Source of the DNA: Coleofasciculus sp. B1-GNL1-01
Lineage (GTDB): Bacteria; Cyanobacteriota; Cyanobacteriia; Cyanobacteriales; Coleofasciculaceae
Direction: 5' to 3' (one strand)
NCBI GenBank assembly: GCA_040220235.1
Contig: JAVJTO010000119.1
DNA length: 64,000 nt
Position numbers and translations under genes: made by a program. Shown here piece by piece: positions 39,110 through 49,091 of the stretch. Position 1 is the stretch's first letter; the number at the start of each line of letters is the position of its first letter. Under the pieces are notes generated by a model that was not told the DNA's origin, did no database searches, and was given only the letters and a program-made list of their open reading frames with translations.

Positions 39110-40888
39110 TTACTCCGGCTTAATCGGTAAACTGACGATAAACTCTGAACCTTGACCCAGTTCTGAAATTACCTTTATTTTTCCCTGATGTTTCTCAATA
39201 ATCTGATAGGATATAGCCAAACCCATCCCTGTGCCTTGTCCAACGGGCTTGGTGGTGAAAAAGGGGTCAAATATTTTAGGTTTTATGTCTGGAGGAATCC
39301 CCGAACCTGTATCCTGAATTTTGATTTCAACGTGATCAGAATTAACGTGCTGGGTTTGAATTAAAATCTGTCGTTTCGCCAAACCTGATTCAACAGTCAG
39401 TTCATCGATGGCATTATTGATAATATTCATAAACACTTGATTAAGTTGGGCTGGATAGCACTCAATTAAAGGAATTTGTCCATACTGCTTGATCACTTTA
39501 ATAGTCTGAGTCAGACGAGAATTTAAAATCAAAAGGGTATTATCAATTCCTTCGTGAAGATCAACTCGTTTCATTTCTGCCTCATCGAGGCGAGAGAAGT
39601 TTCGCAAGGATAAAATGATTTGGCGAATGCGTTCACTTCCCACTTCCATGGAGTTCATAATTTTGGGTAAATCGTCGCGGATAAACTGAAAATCCATGTC
39701 GTCAAGCTTTGTTTTAATCTCCGCTGAAGGCTGGGGATACTGCTGCTGATAGAGATGTAAGAGTTCGAGAAGATCATGGGTATAATCTTGGACATAGGTC
39801 AGATTGCCATAAATAAAATTAACCGGATTATTAATTTCATGGGCAAGTCCAGCCACCATCCGTCCCAAACTAGACATTTTTTCACTTTGAATCAGTTGCA
39901 CTTGGGCTTGCTGTAAGTCCCGAATTTGTGTAGCGACTCGTTGAATCAGATGATTCAGGGATGTGGCTAATACGCCGATTTCATCCTCAGTTGTCACGGC
40001 GGCTTGTAAGTTAAAATTGCCCTCCTGGGTGGCTTGTTCGGCGACGCGGGTGACGGATTGAATTGGACGGGCGATCGCACGACTGGTATAGATGGCTAAA
40101 ACAGCAGCAATTCCTATCGATAGCATCATACTCCCCGCAATGATGCTAGCCCGTAATATCTTGGCTTCTTTGAATTTCGCCTTTGCCTGCTGTTGTTGAA
40201 TTTCCGTTAAGCGAACAACTTCGTCTAAATTGGCGGAAATTGTTTCAAATTGGGGAATTAATTCCTCCTTCAAGTTTGTCAGCAAAAAGGACTTAATGCT
40301 TTGAGCCTGAGTAATCGTAATTGTTTCCGAATTGATTTTTTCTAAAAGAGAACGAACGGTTTGCTGATATATATCTAACCCTCGATCACAATCATTCAAC
40401 AGGACTGTAGATTTTTTAGTATAATTAGAATAACTAATAGGTAATTCGCGATTATTGCTTAAATGGGTCTGTAATTTTGACAGTTGGCTATTGGCTTTGA
40501 TTAAATTTTCGTTTAATTCAATAATGTTTTCAACCTTGATAGTCTGATTTAGGGATAAATATTTTAATCGCTCTTGGTATAATATGATATTAAAGAAGGA
40601 TTGTTCTAAATCCTCCATCAGTTCTAGGCGTTCCTGAGTGATTTCTAATGACTCTCTGGCGCGGTCATCATAATATTCTCCCACGATTAATCCTGTCGCT
40701 GTCCCCAAAACAGCAATACTCACCGCTAAAAAATAGCCAGAACCAATTTTTTGATGAATACTCCAACGACGGCTGATACGATTAATCCAGAGTCCAGGAT
40801 TAGCAAACCGAGGAAAGCGACGCGCTGGTGGGGAAGGAGTCGCCACACCTGGAGAATGAGAAAGAATGCCCGATTCTGAGTGATGCAT
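39110..40888 (-). CDS. HAMP-domain sensor histidine kinase
   Basis: Two transmembrane helices, HAMP, H-box AHEINNP, N-box QLNQVFMNII and G-boxes DTGSGI / FFTTKPVGQGTGMGL. Confidence 0.94.
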   Translation of the reverse strand: MHHSESGILSHSPGVATPSPPARRFPRFANPGLWINRISRRWSIHQKIGSGYFLAVSIAVLGTATGLIVGEYYDDRARESLEITQERLELMEDLEQSFFNIILYQERLKYLSLNQTIKVENIIELNENLIKANSQLSKLQTHLSNNRELPISYSNYTKKSTVLLNDCDRGLDIYQQTVRSLLEKINSETITITQAQSIKSFLLTNLKEELIPQFETISANLDEVVRLTEIQQQQAKAKFKEAKILRASIIAGSMMLSIGIAAVLAIYTSRAIARPIQSVTRVAEQATQEGNFNLQAAVTTEDEIGVLATSLNHLIQRVATQIRDLQQAQVQLIQSEKMSSLGRMVAGLAHEINNPVNFIYGNLTYVQDYTHDLLELLHLYQQQYPQPSAEIKTKLDDMDFQFIRDDLPKIMNSMEVGSERIRQIILSLRNFSRLDEAEMKRVDLHEGIDNTLLILNSRLTQTIKVIKQYGQIPLIECYPAQLNQVFMNIINNAIDELTVESGLAKRQILIQTQHVNSDHVEIKIQDTGSGIPPDIKPKIFDPFFTTKPVGQGTGMGLAISYQIIEKHQGKIKVISELGQGSEFIVSLPIKPE

Positions 40889-41105
40889 AAGGTAAATGCG
40901 ATACTGCCAGTGTTTTACTATAGATAAAGCACCCTTTGCCTTTCCAAGGTAAAATTTTTAGATGTCAATCCTGTGAATCTGGTGTTTCAGTCATTCGTCA
41001 TTCGTCATTCGTCATACTCGCTATCGCGAGAAGCAAGCTACGTCATTTATCATTCGCCCTCATCTTCCCCATCTCCCCCATCTCCCTGTTTCCTGTTCCC
41101 TATAA

Positions 41106-41864
41106 CTAAACCGCTAAAAAGCGCTGAATCACCTGCTGACTCAATTCGCTGGTTGAACCTGATGCGACAATACCTCCCTTCTGCATGGCGTAGTACCAAT
41201 CCGCTTGTCGTACAAAATGCAGATGCTGTTCCACTAGCAACACAGAAATCCCTGTAGACTTGACAATCTGGCGGATAGCGGCTTCAATTTCTAAGATAAT
41301 CGAAGGTTGAATCCCTTCGGTGGGTTCATCCAACACCAATAATCGAGGTTTTCCCATTAACGCCCGCGCGATCGCAAGTTGTTGCTGTTGTCCTCCACTT
41401 AAGTCTCCACCCATACGAGATAGCATGGATTCTAACACGGGGAATAAGCTGAAAATTTCTTCGGGAATCTCGGTTTTGTTCCCTCTACCCCGACGACAGG
41501 CTTCCAACCCCAGCAAGAGATTTTCTTTTACCGTTAAGCGCGGAATAATCTCCCGCCCTTGGGGAACATAACCAATTCCTAATTTTGCCCGTTGATCGGG
41601 GGATTTATGGGTAATCAGTTGCTCGGCTAAGGTAATTGTACCTGTTCGAGGTTTAAGTAACCCCATAATCGTTTTCAATAACGTTGTTTTGCCTACGCCA
41701 TTACGTCCAATCAGGCAAACCATTTGTCCGACGGGTACACTTAAATCGACATCCCGCAGGATGTGACTTTCGCCATAGTAAACATTCGCATCCCTAATTT
41801 GCAGCATTAGCTGAGTTGAAGATTGATGATCGATTTTAGATATTACTTGCTCAGTTTGACTCAT
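41106..41864 (-). CDS. urtE: Urea ABC transporter ATP-binding subunit UrtE
   Basis: GRNGVGKT, LSGGQQQQLAIAR and LDEPTEGIQPS; last gene of the urt cluster. Confidence 0.94.
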   Translation of the reverse strand: MSQTEQVISKIDHQSSTQLMLQIRDANVYYGESHILRDVDLSVPVGQMVCLIGRNGVGKTTLLKTIMGLLKPRTGTITLAEQLITHKSPDQRAKLGIGYVPQGREIIPRLTVKENLLLGLEACRRGRGNKTEIPEEIFSLFPVLESMLSRMGGDLSGGQQQQLAIARALMGKPRLLVLDEPTEGIQPSIILEIEAAIRQIVKSTGISVLLVEQHLHFVRQADWYYAMQKGGIVASGSTSELSQQVIQRFLAV

Positions 41865-42506
41865 AGCTAGAAGCGATTAATTGGTATTCTTAGTGTAGTG
41901 CAGCATCGCTCAAACATTATTGAGGAGTGTTAAGTTTAGGAACTATCTCAGAGCATCGCTGGGTGTAACCACAGTTCGCGATCGCAAGACGTAAAAATTA
42001 TGCCCTGAACGTTGTTTCAGAGTCAATTATAGCGGCAGATTTAGATATTATGGGGGCATATTTAGGCACAATTTTAGGGGCGGGTTTAGGGACTAAATTT
42101 CGCTATTCACCGATAACATTTCAACAAAACCCGCCCTCCCCACCGATAACTGAACTGGTATTATAGGTTGAAGCTTTTATAAAGAAAACTTTTAAGTTCA
42201 AAGTTTAAGATTTGATTTTGTAAATATGATGGAATTTTGACAGGGCAGCAGCAGTTCCTGGAAAAGCCCAATTTGACGTTGTTATTTGGCTGTAGTATGA
42301 TATATTAAAAAATGTGTAGTCTGTTAACATAGGCTAATTGTAGCTAATTTGCAAAAATGCAGGCTTTAAACCCTTACTCTGGCGTCATTTTGTTGGCTAG
42401 CGTCGGCAAAACTAAAAAAATACAAGCATACCCCAATGACAAAATTTTTTGATCTTATTCAGAAATAAATTTGACAAAAAACACATTTTATGTATTTAAT
42501 CCTCAA

Positions 42507-43646
42507 TCACAACGACTTGGAGGTATCTGTTTCCAAGCGATTCACCACAGCTTCCGGTAAATCCAGAAGCGTCACTAGGTCTTTATAGGCTGCTGCTTCT
42601 TGTTCATTAATCGTCGGTTCATTAGGCGTGCGGGCGCTAACATTAATCACCTCATACCCCAACTTCAGAATTAACTCCCGTTCTTCAGGACTTTCAATTT
42701 GAGCCACCAACTCATCAATATCAACATGAGCGCTTAAATAATCCCGCAGTTCTGTTTGTAACTTCTTCTGTTCTTCACTATCCGTCGAAAACAATTGACT
42801 CAAGCGAGCAATAATTAACTCCGCTTCTTCGGGCGCTAAATCCCCATCAGACCAAGCCATTGCGGTCACAATTCGCAACAGTTTCATTTGATGGGCGCTA
42901 ATCGAGGACTCTCGTCCCAAATACACTTCCACCACACGGGGGTCATTATGCACCTCATCAATACTTCCTTCACATAACACCGAACCTTCATGCAGCACCG
43001 TCACCTTACGGGCAATCAACCGCACAAATTCCATATCATGTTCAATGACAATAATTGAATGACTCTCGGCTAAGTTGATCAGCAAGTCAGCAATATTTTC
43101 GGTCTCTTCATCAGTCAACCCAGCCACAGGTTCATCAACCAGCAATAAATCAGGGGATTGCGCCACCAACATGCCAATTTCTAACCGTTGCTTTTCCCCA
43201 TGGGAGAGTAAATCGGCTTGTAAATCGGCTTTGGGAACTAAACCAATTGTTTCTAATAACCCTAACACCGTGCGTCGTTCCGATGCAGCAGGACGCCCAA
43301 ACAGCGTTGAAAAAACATTTTTACGGCGATTACAGGCTAAGTCTAAATTTTCTCGCACTGTTAGATTTAGGTAAACTCGCGGGGTTTGAAATTTACGACC
43401 AATCCCCATCCGCACAATCCTATCTTCCGATTTACGCCGCAGATTGCGTCCTTTAAACAGGACTCGTCCCCTAGTTGGCTGGACTTTTCCGGTGATCACA
43501 TCGAGGAACGTGGTTTTTCCTGCACCATTGGGTCCAATAATCACCCGTAATTCTCCAGTATCCATACTGAAGTTAAGGGTGTTGAGTGCCTTAAAGCCAT
43601 CAAAACTAACGGTTAAATCTTCAATTGATAATATCGGTTGATTCAT
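42507..43646 (-). CDS. urtD: Urea ABC transporter ATP-binding subunit UrtD with C-terminal TerB-like extension
   Basis: GPNGAGKT, LSHGEKQ and DEPVAG; about 130 extra residues (AMAWSDGDLAPEE) after EVYLGR. Confidence 0.92.
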   Translation of the reverse strand: MNQPILSIEDLTVSFDGFKALNTLNFSMDTGELRVIIGPNGAGKTTFLDVITGKVQPTRGRVLFKGRNLRRKSEDRIVRMGIGRKFQTPRVYLNLTVRENLDLACNRRKNVFSTLFGRPAASERRTVLGLLETIGLVPKADLQADLLSHGEKQRLEIGMLVAQSPDLLLVDEPVAGLTDEETENIADLLINLAESHSIIVIEHDMEFVRLIARKVTVLHEGSVLCEGSIDEVHNDPRVVEVYLGRESSISAHQMKLLRIVTAMAWSDGDLAPEEAELIIARLSQLFSTDSEEQKKLQTELRDYLSAHVDIDELVAQIESPEERELILKLGYEVINVSARTPNEPTINEQEAAAYKDLVTLLDLPEAVVNRLETDTSKSL

Positions 43647-43794
43647 ATAGCATTTTTATTTGAGTCGTAAACACAGGAACCTGGTAAAAAGGCAATGGGC
43701 AATAGGCAATAGGCAATAGGGGAAAAAGAGAGGGAGTTTTGTTGAAAGCAAAGAAAAGACAATCTAGATGCACATTTCATTTGAAAACGCTATA
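43646..43794. mobile_element. MITE abutting the urtD start codon
   Basis: TATAGCATTTTTATTTGA ... TCATTTGAAAACGCTATA imperfect terminal inverted repeats; internal GGCAATA heptamers. Confidence 0.6.
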
Positions 43795-43856
43795 GTTGGC
43801 AAACGTTTAGCTAACCCAGGACGAAGGACAAATGACGAAGGACAAAGGACGAACGA

Positions 43857-45032
43857 CTAATGACTAATTTCCTCTCGTTCTCGCTGTACCTCTGGGTCTT
43901 CTTCTAAACTGGGATAAGTAATTACTTCTTTTCGCTTCCCAAATAGACTCAGCAACGCCGGATATCCGGAATACCGGCACCACCCGACAATCCCACTCGG
44001 TAACACCGTCACCACCAGCAAAAATAATCCCCCTTGGAAAAATAGCCAACTTTCAGCAAAGTTTTCACTAAAAAGGCTTTTGGCAAAATTAACCACCAAC
44101 GCCCCTAGAATTGCGCCCACGAGTGTAGCACGACCACCAACCGCCACCCAAATCACCATTTCAATCGAAAAGGCAATATCCATCGCTTTGGGTGAAATAA
44201 TCCCCGTTTGCAGCGTAAACATCGCCCCCGCGATTCCCGCCAACCCCGCAGAAATAGCAAAGACTAATACCTTAAATCCGGTGGGATTGTACCCCGAAAA
44301 CCGCACCCGATTTTCATCATCGCGAATCGCCACTAGCAAGCGCCCAAAACGACCCTGAGTCAGCCAGCGACATAAGGCATAAGAGACTACCAGCAATAGA
44401 ATTGTAATGGTATAAAATATAAACTGGGTTCGGCTGGCATTCACATCAGCCCCCAGTAAGGTTTGGTAATTGGTCAAACCATTCGTACCGTTAAATAGTT
44501 TCTGCTGGCCATTGAAGAAATTGAAAAATACAATCGTCGCCGCTTGGGTGAGGATGGAAAAATAAACACCTCGAATCCGGTTACGAAAGACAAGATAGCC
44601 AAACAAGCCCCCGACGATAGCCGGAATAATAATCACGGCAAAGACAGCAAATCCAAAGGAATCAAACGGTTGCCAAAACCAGGGCAATTTCTCCACACCG
44701 TAGAGAGTCATGAATTCCGGCAAACGATCGCCTTCCAAGGGGGCTAATGTCAAGTGCATTGCCAACGCATAACCGCCCAAGGCGAAAAAGATGCCATGAC
44801 CCAGACTTAAAAGTCCGGTATAGCCCCAAATCAAGTCAATTGCCAAGGCTGCGATCGCCAATGCCAAAAATCGCCCCAACAAGCTCAGGCGAAAGTCAGA
44901 CAGCGCCAACGGCATGACAATAATCAGCAGCAGGGCGATTAGAGTAACCACACCCACTTCAATCAGCAGCGATTGACGACGCTTGCGCCGTCGGTCTAGT
45001 CCGGGAATTTCAATTACTGAGTCATTTGTCAT
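43857..45032 (-). CDS. urtC: Urea ABC transporter permease UrtC
   Basis: DLIWGYTGLLSLGHG, RIRGVYFSILTQA and IWVAVGGRATL. Confidence 0.94.
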   Translation of the reverse strand: MTNDSVIEIPGLDRRRKRRQSLLIEVGVVTLIALLLIIVMPLALSDFRLSLLGRFLALAIAALAIDLIWGYTGLLSLGHGIFFALGGYALAMHLTLAPLEGDRLPEFMTLYGVEKLPWFWQPFDSFGFAVFAVIIIPAIVGGLFGYLVFRNRIRGVYFSILTQAATIVFFNFFNGQQKLFNGTNGLTNYQTLLGADVNASRTQFIFYTITILLLVVSYALCRWLTQGRFGRLLVAIRDDENRVRFSGYNPTGFKVLVFAISAGLAGIAGAMFTLQTGIISPKAMDIAFSIEMVIWVAVGGRATLVGAILGALVVNFAKSLFSENFAESWLFFQGGLFLLVVTVLPSGIVGWCRYSGYPALLSLFGKRKEVITYPSLEEDPEVQREREEISH

Positions 45033-45090
45033 TGGTCATTGGTCATTTGTCATTGGTCATTTGTTTCCCTATTGCCTATTGCCTATTGCC
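45021..45090. repeat. STRR-type heptamer tandem repeats
   Basis: (GTCATT[T/G])n followed by (CTATTGC)n; related arrays near 40990, 43825, 46295 and 59637. Confidence 0.85.
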
Positions 45091-46263
45091 TTATAGTTCA
45101 TAGGATCGTCCTTTCTGTGGAAAAATCCCGCCCGGTCGAATTTGCAGGAAAATGATAATTAAGGCAAATACCATCACCCTTGCCATACTGGTGGTGGAAA
45201 AAAAGGTAAAAAACTCAAATAACGGCTGAATCGGTTCAAAAATTAAAGCCAGTATGCCCGAACTAATCAGATAATTCATCGTCCCAATCGCTAACGCCGC
45301 CACAATCGAACCCACCAATTTACCAACGCCGCCAACCACCACGACCATGAATGTATTGACGATATAATCCTGACCCGTATTGGGACTCACTGAACCCAGT
45401 AAACTAATCGCACAACCAGCGACTCCAGCTAAACCTGAACCAATAGCAAAGGTTAACGCATCAACCTTACCCGTAGGAATTCCTAAACAAGCACTCATAC
45501 TCCGATTTTGAGTCACGGCGCGAATCCGTAATCCCCAAGCTGAACGCTGTAAAAATAGGTAAATTCCCGTAATGCAAAGAATAGTTAGCCCAATAATAAA
45601 TAATCGGACATACGATAACTGAAAACTGCCTTCCGGTAACTCCACCATCCACCCTCCCCGTAACCAGGTTGGCGCGGTTACATCGACACCTTGAGTGCCA
45701 AACCAAGGCTTCGTTAACGCCAAGTCGGAGGTTTCACTCAAAACCTTGCCAATCGTAAAGACAATTCCTAAGGATAGGACTACCATTGTTGGTATTGCCC
45801 AAGAACGAATCCTTGGAAAATCTGCCCGACGAGACAGCACCCACAGCGCCCCAAAAAACAGCAGGCAAAATAGGGCAATGCCAATCACCATCACCCAATT
45901 TACGCTACGGACAAACTGCTGCAAAATTAAACTAACGCCCCAGGTTGCCAGCAAGGTTTCCAGGGGACGCCCGTATAGAAACCGGATAAACCCCCGTTCC
46001 AGAATCAATCCGACAAGGGCGGTTACCAAAAACGCGATCGGTATGGCAAATAGGATATAGGTTTCAAACCAAGGTTCTCCCAGAGACTTGAAACCATTTT
46101 GGACAACAAAGGTCGTATAAGCACCCAGCATCATCAACTCCCCGTGTGCCAAGTTGATCACACCCATGAGTCCAAACACAATGGCTAATCCCAGCGCTGC
46201 AATTAATAAAACAGCGCCATTACTGATCCCGCCATAGAGACTACCTAACAGTCCTGCTAGCAC
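45091..46263 (-). CDS. urtB: Urea ABC transporter permease UrtB
   Basis: GLMGVINLAHGELMMLGAY and GRPLETLLATWG. Confidence 0.94.
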   Translation of the reverse strand: MLAGLLGSLYGGISNGAVLLIAALGLAIVFGLMGVINLAHGELMMLGAYTTFVVQNGFKSLGEPWFETYILFAIPIAFLVTALVGLILERGFIRFLYGRPLETLLATWGVSLILQQFVRSVNWVMVIGIALFCLLFFGALWVLSRRADFPRIRSWAIPTMVVLSLGIVFTIGKVLSETSDLALTKPWFGTQGVDVTAPTWLRGGWMVELPEGSFQLSYVRLFIIGLTILCITGIYLFLQRSAWGLRIRAVTQNRSMSACLGIPTGKVDALTFAIGSGLAGVAGCAISLLGSVSPNTGQDYIVNTFMVVVVGGVGKLVGSIVAALAIGTMNYLISSGILALIFEPIQPLFEFFTFFSTTSMARVMVFALIIIFLQIRPGGIFPQKGRSYEL

Positions 46264-46328
46264 AATTTTCTACGTTGATTGTTGGTCAGGAATGACAAAG
46301 GACAAAGGACTAATGACTAATGACTGAC

Positions 46329-47651
46329 TTATACGTCTTTCAACTTATATTTACCCCCCTTACTTGGATCAGACCAATCACAACCTAATCCCTTAGTATC
46401 GGCAACAAATTGATTCCAGGGAACGGGTTCAACAGCCGCTTCCGTTTCGTTGACAATTTCAAATAAACCATCCTCTCCCACTTTTCCAATCCGTACCACT
46501 TTTGAGAGATGATGGTTAGGATTCATCGTAACCATCCCTTCTGGGGCTTCAAATTTCTGACCATAAGCCGCTTTGCGAACCGCCTCTAAATCATCAGCCG
46601 TTCCTGCTTGTTCAACCGCTTGCTTCCACAAGTAAACGCCAATGTAGGCAGCTTCCATCGGGTCGTTGGTCACTCGGTCTTCACCATATTTTGCCTTAAA
46701 TGCCTTGACAAATTCCTGGTTTTCTGGTGTGTCAACCGTTTGGAAATAGTTCCACGCCGCATACTGATCTTTCAGGTATTCTGTACCAATTGCCTTGACT
46801 TCTTCTTCAGCAATACTCACCGACATCACCGGATACTTATCTGGGGTTAACCCTGCACCCTGTAACTGTTTGAAGAAAGCCACATTACTATCACCATTGA
46901 GGGTATTAAAAATAACTCCTCCGTCTGGTAACGCCGCGCGGATTTTAGTAATAATTGGGGTAACTTCTGTATTTCCCAGAGGCAAGTAATCCTCGCCAAC
47001 GGTTTCGCCACCCAGTTCTGCAAGCTGTGCCTTAATAATTGTGTTGGCGGTTTGAGGGAACACGTAGTCAGAACCAATCAGGAAGAATTGTTTACCCTTA
47101 TTCTCCAGCAACCAATCCACGGCTGGTTCAATCTGTTGATTCGGAGCCGCGCCTGTATAAAAGATATTGTTAGAACACTCCTGACCCTCGTACTGCACAG
47201 GATACCAGAGCATATGTTTTTTCTCTTCAAAGACGGGCAATACCGCCTTGCGGCTAGCCGACGTCCAGCAGCCAAAAACGGCAACAACCTGATCTTGGTC
47301 AATTAGCTTTCTGGCTTTCTCAGCAAACGTGGGCCAATCTGAAGCACCATCTTCCACAATCGGTTCAATCTGCTTACCCAGGACACCCCCAGCAGCGTTG
47401 ATTTCCTCAATGGCGAGTTGTTCGGCATCCACGACGCTTTTTTCACTAATCGCCATTGTGCCACTCAGGGAATGGAGAATCCCGACTTTTATCGTGTCTC
47501 CATTACCACCAGCCGCCGCCGAGTCAGAGGTTGTTGCCTCTCCTGTGGTATCCGGTGCTGGCGGCTCACTACAGGCTTTGAGGAGAATACTGGTGCCTAA
47601 TGTGGCGGAGCCATAGATCAAAAATTTGCGTCGCCCTAATCGTCTAACCAT
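46329..47651 (-). CDS. urtA: Urea ABC transporter substrate-binding lipoprotein UrtA
   Basis: Tat-like RRKFL and lipobox [25 protein letters not shown] and YPVQYEG. Confidence 0.96.
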   Translation of the reverse strand: MVRRLGRRKFLIYGSATLGTSILLKACSEPPAPDTTGEATTSDSAAAGGNGDTIKVGILHSLSGTMAISEKSVVDAEQLAIEEINAAGGVLGKQIEPIVEDGASDWPTFAEKARKLIDQDQVVAVFGCWTSASRKAVLPVFEEKKHMLWYPVQYEGQECSNNIFYTGAAPNQQIEPAVDWLLENKGKQFFLIGSDYVFPQTANTIIKAQLAELGGETVGEDYLPLGNTEVTPIITKIRAALPDGGVIFNTLNGDSNVAFFKQLQGAGLTPDKYPVMSVSIAEEEVKAIGTEYLKDQYAAWNYFQTVDTPENQEFVKAFKAKYGEDRVTNDPMEAAYIGVYLWKQAVEQAGTADDLEAVRKAAYGQKFEAPEGMVTMNPNHHLSKVVRIGKVGEDGLFEIVNETEAAVEPVPWNQFVADTKGLGCDWSDPSKGGKYKLKDV

Positions 47652-47712
47652 TTGTATAAATATTCCTCGGCTAATTCCGTGGGTTGATAGAGATAAACAA
47701 GGTTAAGCTGTG

Positions 47713-47755
47713 ATATTAGAGCGAGCTTATCTGAGGAATTGTTATTTTTAATACA
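47713..47755 (-). promoter_or_regulatory. NtcA-activated promoter of urt operon
   Basis: Minus strand TGTATTAAAAATAACA (GTA-N8-AAC), then 22 nt, then -10 TAATAT. Confidence 0.75.
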
Positions 47756-47866
47756 AAATTGCGAGACGAGGCAGATGAATCAGAGCGCTCAGATGACTGC
47801 GCTGTAGGGGCGCAAGCCTTGCGCCCATTCGGGAAGATGGCTGAGATGGGGAAGTCCGAAAAAAAG

Positions 47867-47896
47867 TTGAACACAAATTAAAAGTTGTGCTAGTAT
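47867..47896 (+). promoter_or_regulatory. sigma70-type promoter of the tRNA pair
   Basis: TTGAAC-N18-TAGTAT about 20 nt before tRNA-Tyr. Confidence 0.5.
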
Positions 47897-47915
47897 TAAT
47901 AACTGTGAACGAAAT

Positions 47916-47997
47916 GGGTCGATGCCCGAGTGGTTAATGGGGGCGGACTGTAAATCCGCTGGCTTTGCCTACGTTGGTTCAAATCCAACTCGGCCCA
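47916..47997 (+). tRNA. trnY: tRNA-Tyr(GTA)
   Basis: Acceptor stem GGGTCGA/TCGGCCC, anticodon loop CTGTAAA, long variable arm and GGTTCAAATCC. Confidence 0.97.
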
Positions 47998-48052
47998 TCA
48001 CATAACTCTAATTTTTAGAGGGTATGTGTACTAGAAGCGTCCATATAAATAT

Positions 48053-48124
48053 GCCCGTGTAGCTCAGTGGTAGAGCACACCCTTGGTAAGGGTGAGGTCA
48101 CGAGTTCAATCCTCGTCACGGGCT
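48053..48124 (+). tRNA. trnT: tRNA-Thr(GGT)
   Basis: Acceptor stem GCCCGTG/CACGGGC, anticodon loop TTGGTAA and GAGTTCAATCCTC. Confidence 0.97.
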
Positions 48125-48208
48125 TTTTGCAAATCTGTATTCTCGTTGGTTTCGTAGTTGATGGCATAGGGAACAGCCTTGGTTGTGGTTAAGAGAATAT
48201 CCTGTCAT

Positions 48209-48311
48209 GATTAACTCAACCTGAAGAACATTTCGATACAAAAATAGCAAAGCACTCAAGGCTTGGCGCGTGAGTAGAAACTGTAACTTGACGATCAACT
48301 GCAAGATGTGT
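48209..48311 (-). pseudogene. intI: Integron integrase (IntI) N-terminal fragment, frameshifted
   Basis: THLAVDRQVTVST, then a frameshift, then QALSALLFLYRNVLQVEL; matches IntI 'HLAV...STQNQALSALLFLY..VL'. Confidence 0.75.
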
Positions 48312-48560
48312 TGAGATGGGATCAAAAATAGTGAATTTTCTGCACTCCCCTATCGTAGGGATGGTTTTTGCTTTTGCAGGCGTCGATATCGCTTAATCCA
48401 ATTGAGATAATTTGGCTCAGTGCGGTAGAAATAATCCTTGATGCGAATGACCTCACGAAATGGGTACTCTTACAAAGAAAGAAGGAGTTCCACGTTAAAT
48501 TTTGATTGCTTTCACAAAACTCTTCACCTCTCCATTAATGACTAAAGGGATATACCGAAA

Positions 48561-49058
48561 ATGCCTCAAAATAGTCGATTGTTAGATTTAAATAAAAACC
48601 TTCAACTCCTTTATGAGAAATTGGCAGCCATGGAGCGTAGCCGTATTACAGCATATGATGCTGAAGCAAAAATTTCTATTGAAATGCGAATTAGGGAAGA
48701 AATTATTCCAGACATTCGTCGCTACGAAGCAGAGTATTGGCAAGTTCTATCTCAAGAATTCAATGCGTTGTCTATTAATGAAATAGAAGCAAATAATGTA
48801 ATTATTGAAGTGACTCAAACAATTGAGCAAATAACTAAACATCAGACTAGCAGATATCCAGATGAGATAATTCATCTACTTCTTGAGATTCGAGATAAAC
48901 TGAGAGAACCAGATAAATCTTCTACTGCCAAATTAAAAGCTACGCTTCCGCTATTGCCCCCTTTTGTATCTTACGAAATTGAATTTGGTACACAAGATAT
49001 ACTTCAGCAATTTTTCCCCACCTTCAGTCGTCTACTGAATAAAACAAAAAAAAAGTAG
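48561..49058 (+). CDS. Small helical protein; N-terminal partner of a putative -1 frameshift fusion
   Basis: 165-aa ORF ending ACA AAA AAA AAG TAG. Confidence 0.8.
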   Translation: MPQNSRLLDLNKNLQLLYEKLAAMERSRITAYDAEAKISIEMRIREEIIPDIRRYEAEYWQVLSQEFNALSINEIEANNVIIEVTQTIEQITKHQTSRYPDEIIHLLLEIRDKLREPDKSSTAKLKATLPLLPPFVSYEIEFGTQDILQQFFPTFSRLLNKTKKK

Positions 49059-49091
49059 TTGACCTCATTACGGATTGTCCGTATCGAGGTT
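49049..49091 (+). promoter_or_regulatory. Putative programmed -1 ribosomal frameshift signal
   Basis: A_AAA_AAG at 49049-49055, 5-nt spacer, then hairpin GACCTC-AT-TACGGA-TTG-TCCGTA-TC-GAGGTT at 49061-49091. Confidence 0.7.

Noticed and set aside
48116..48325. 69-aa ORF as a real gene
   Set aside because: It is a by-product of the frameshifted integrase remnant and runs into tRNA-Thr.
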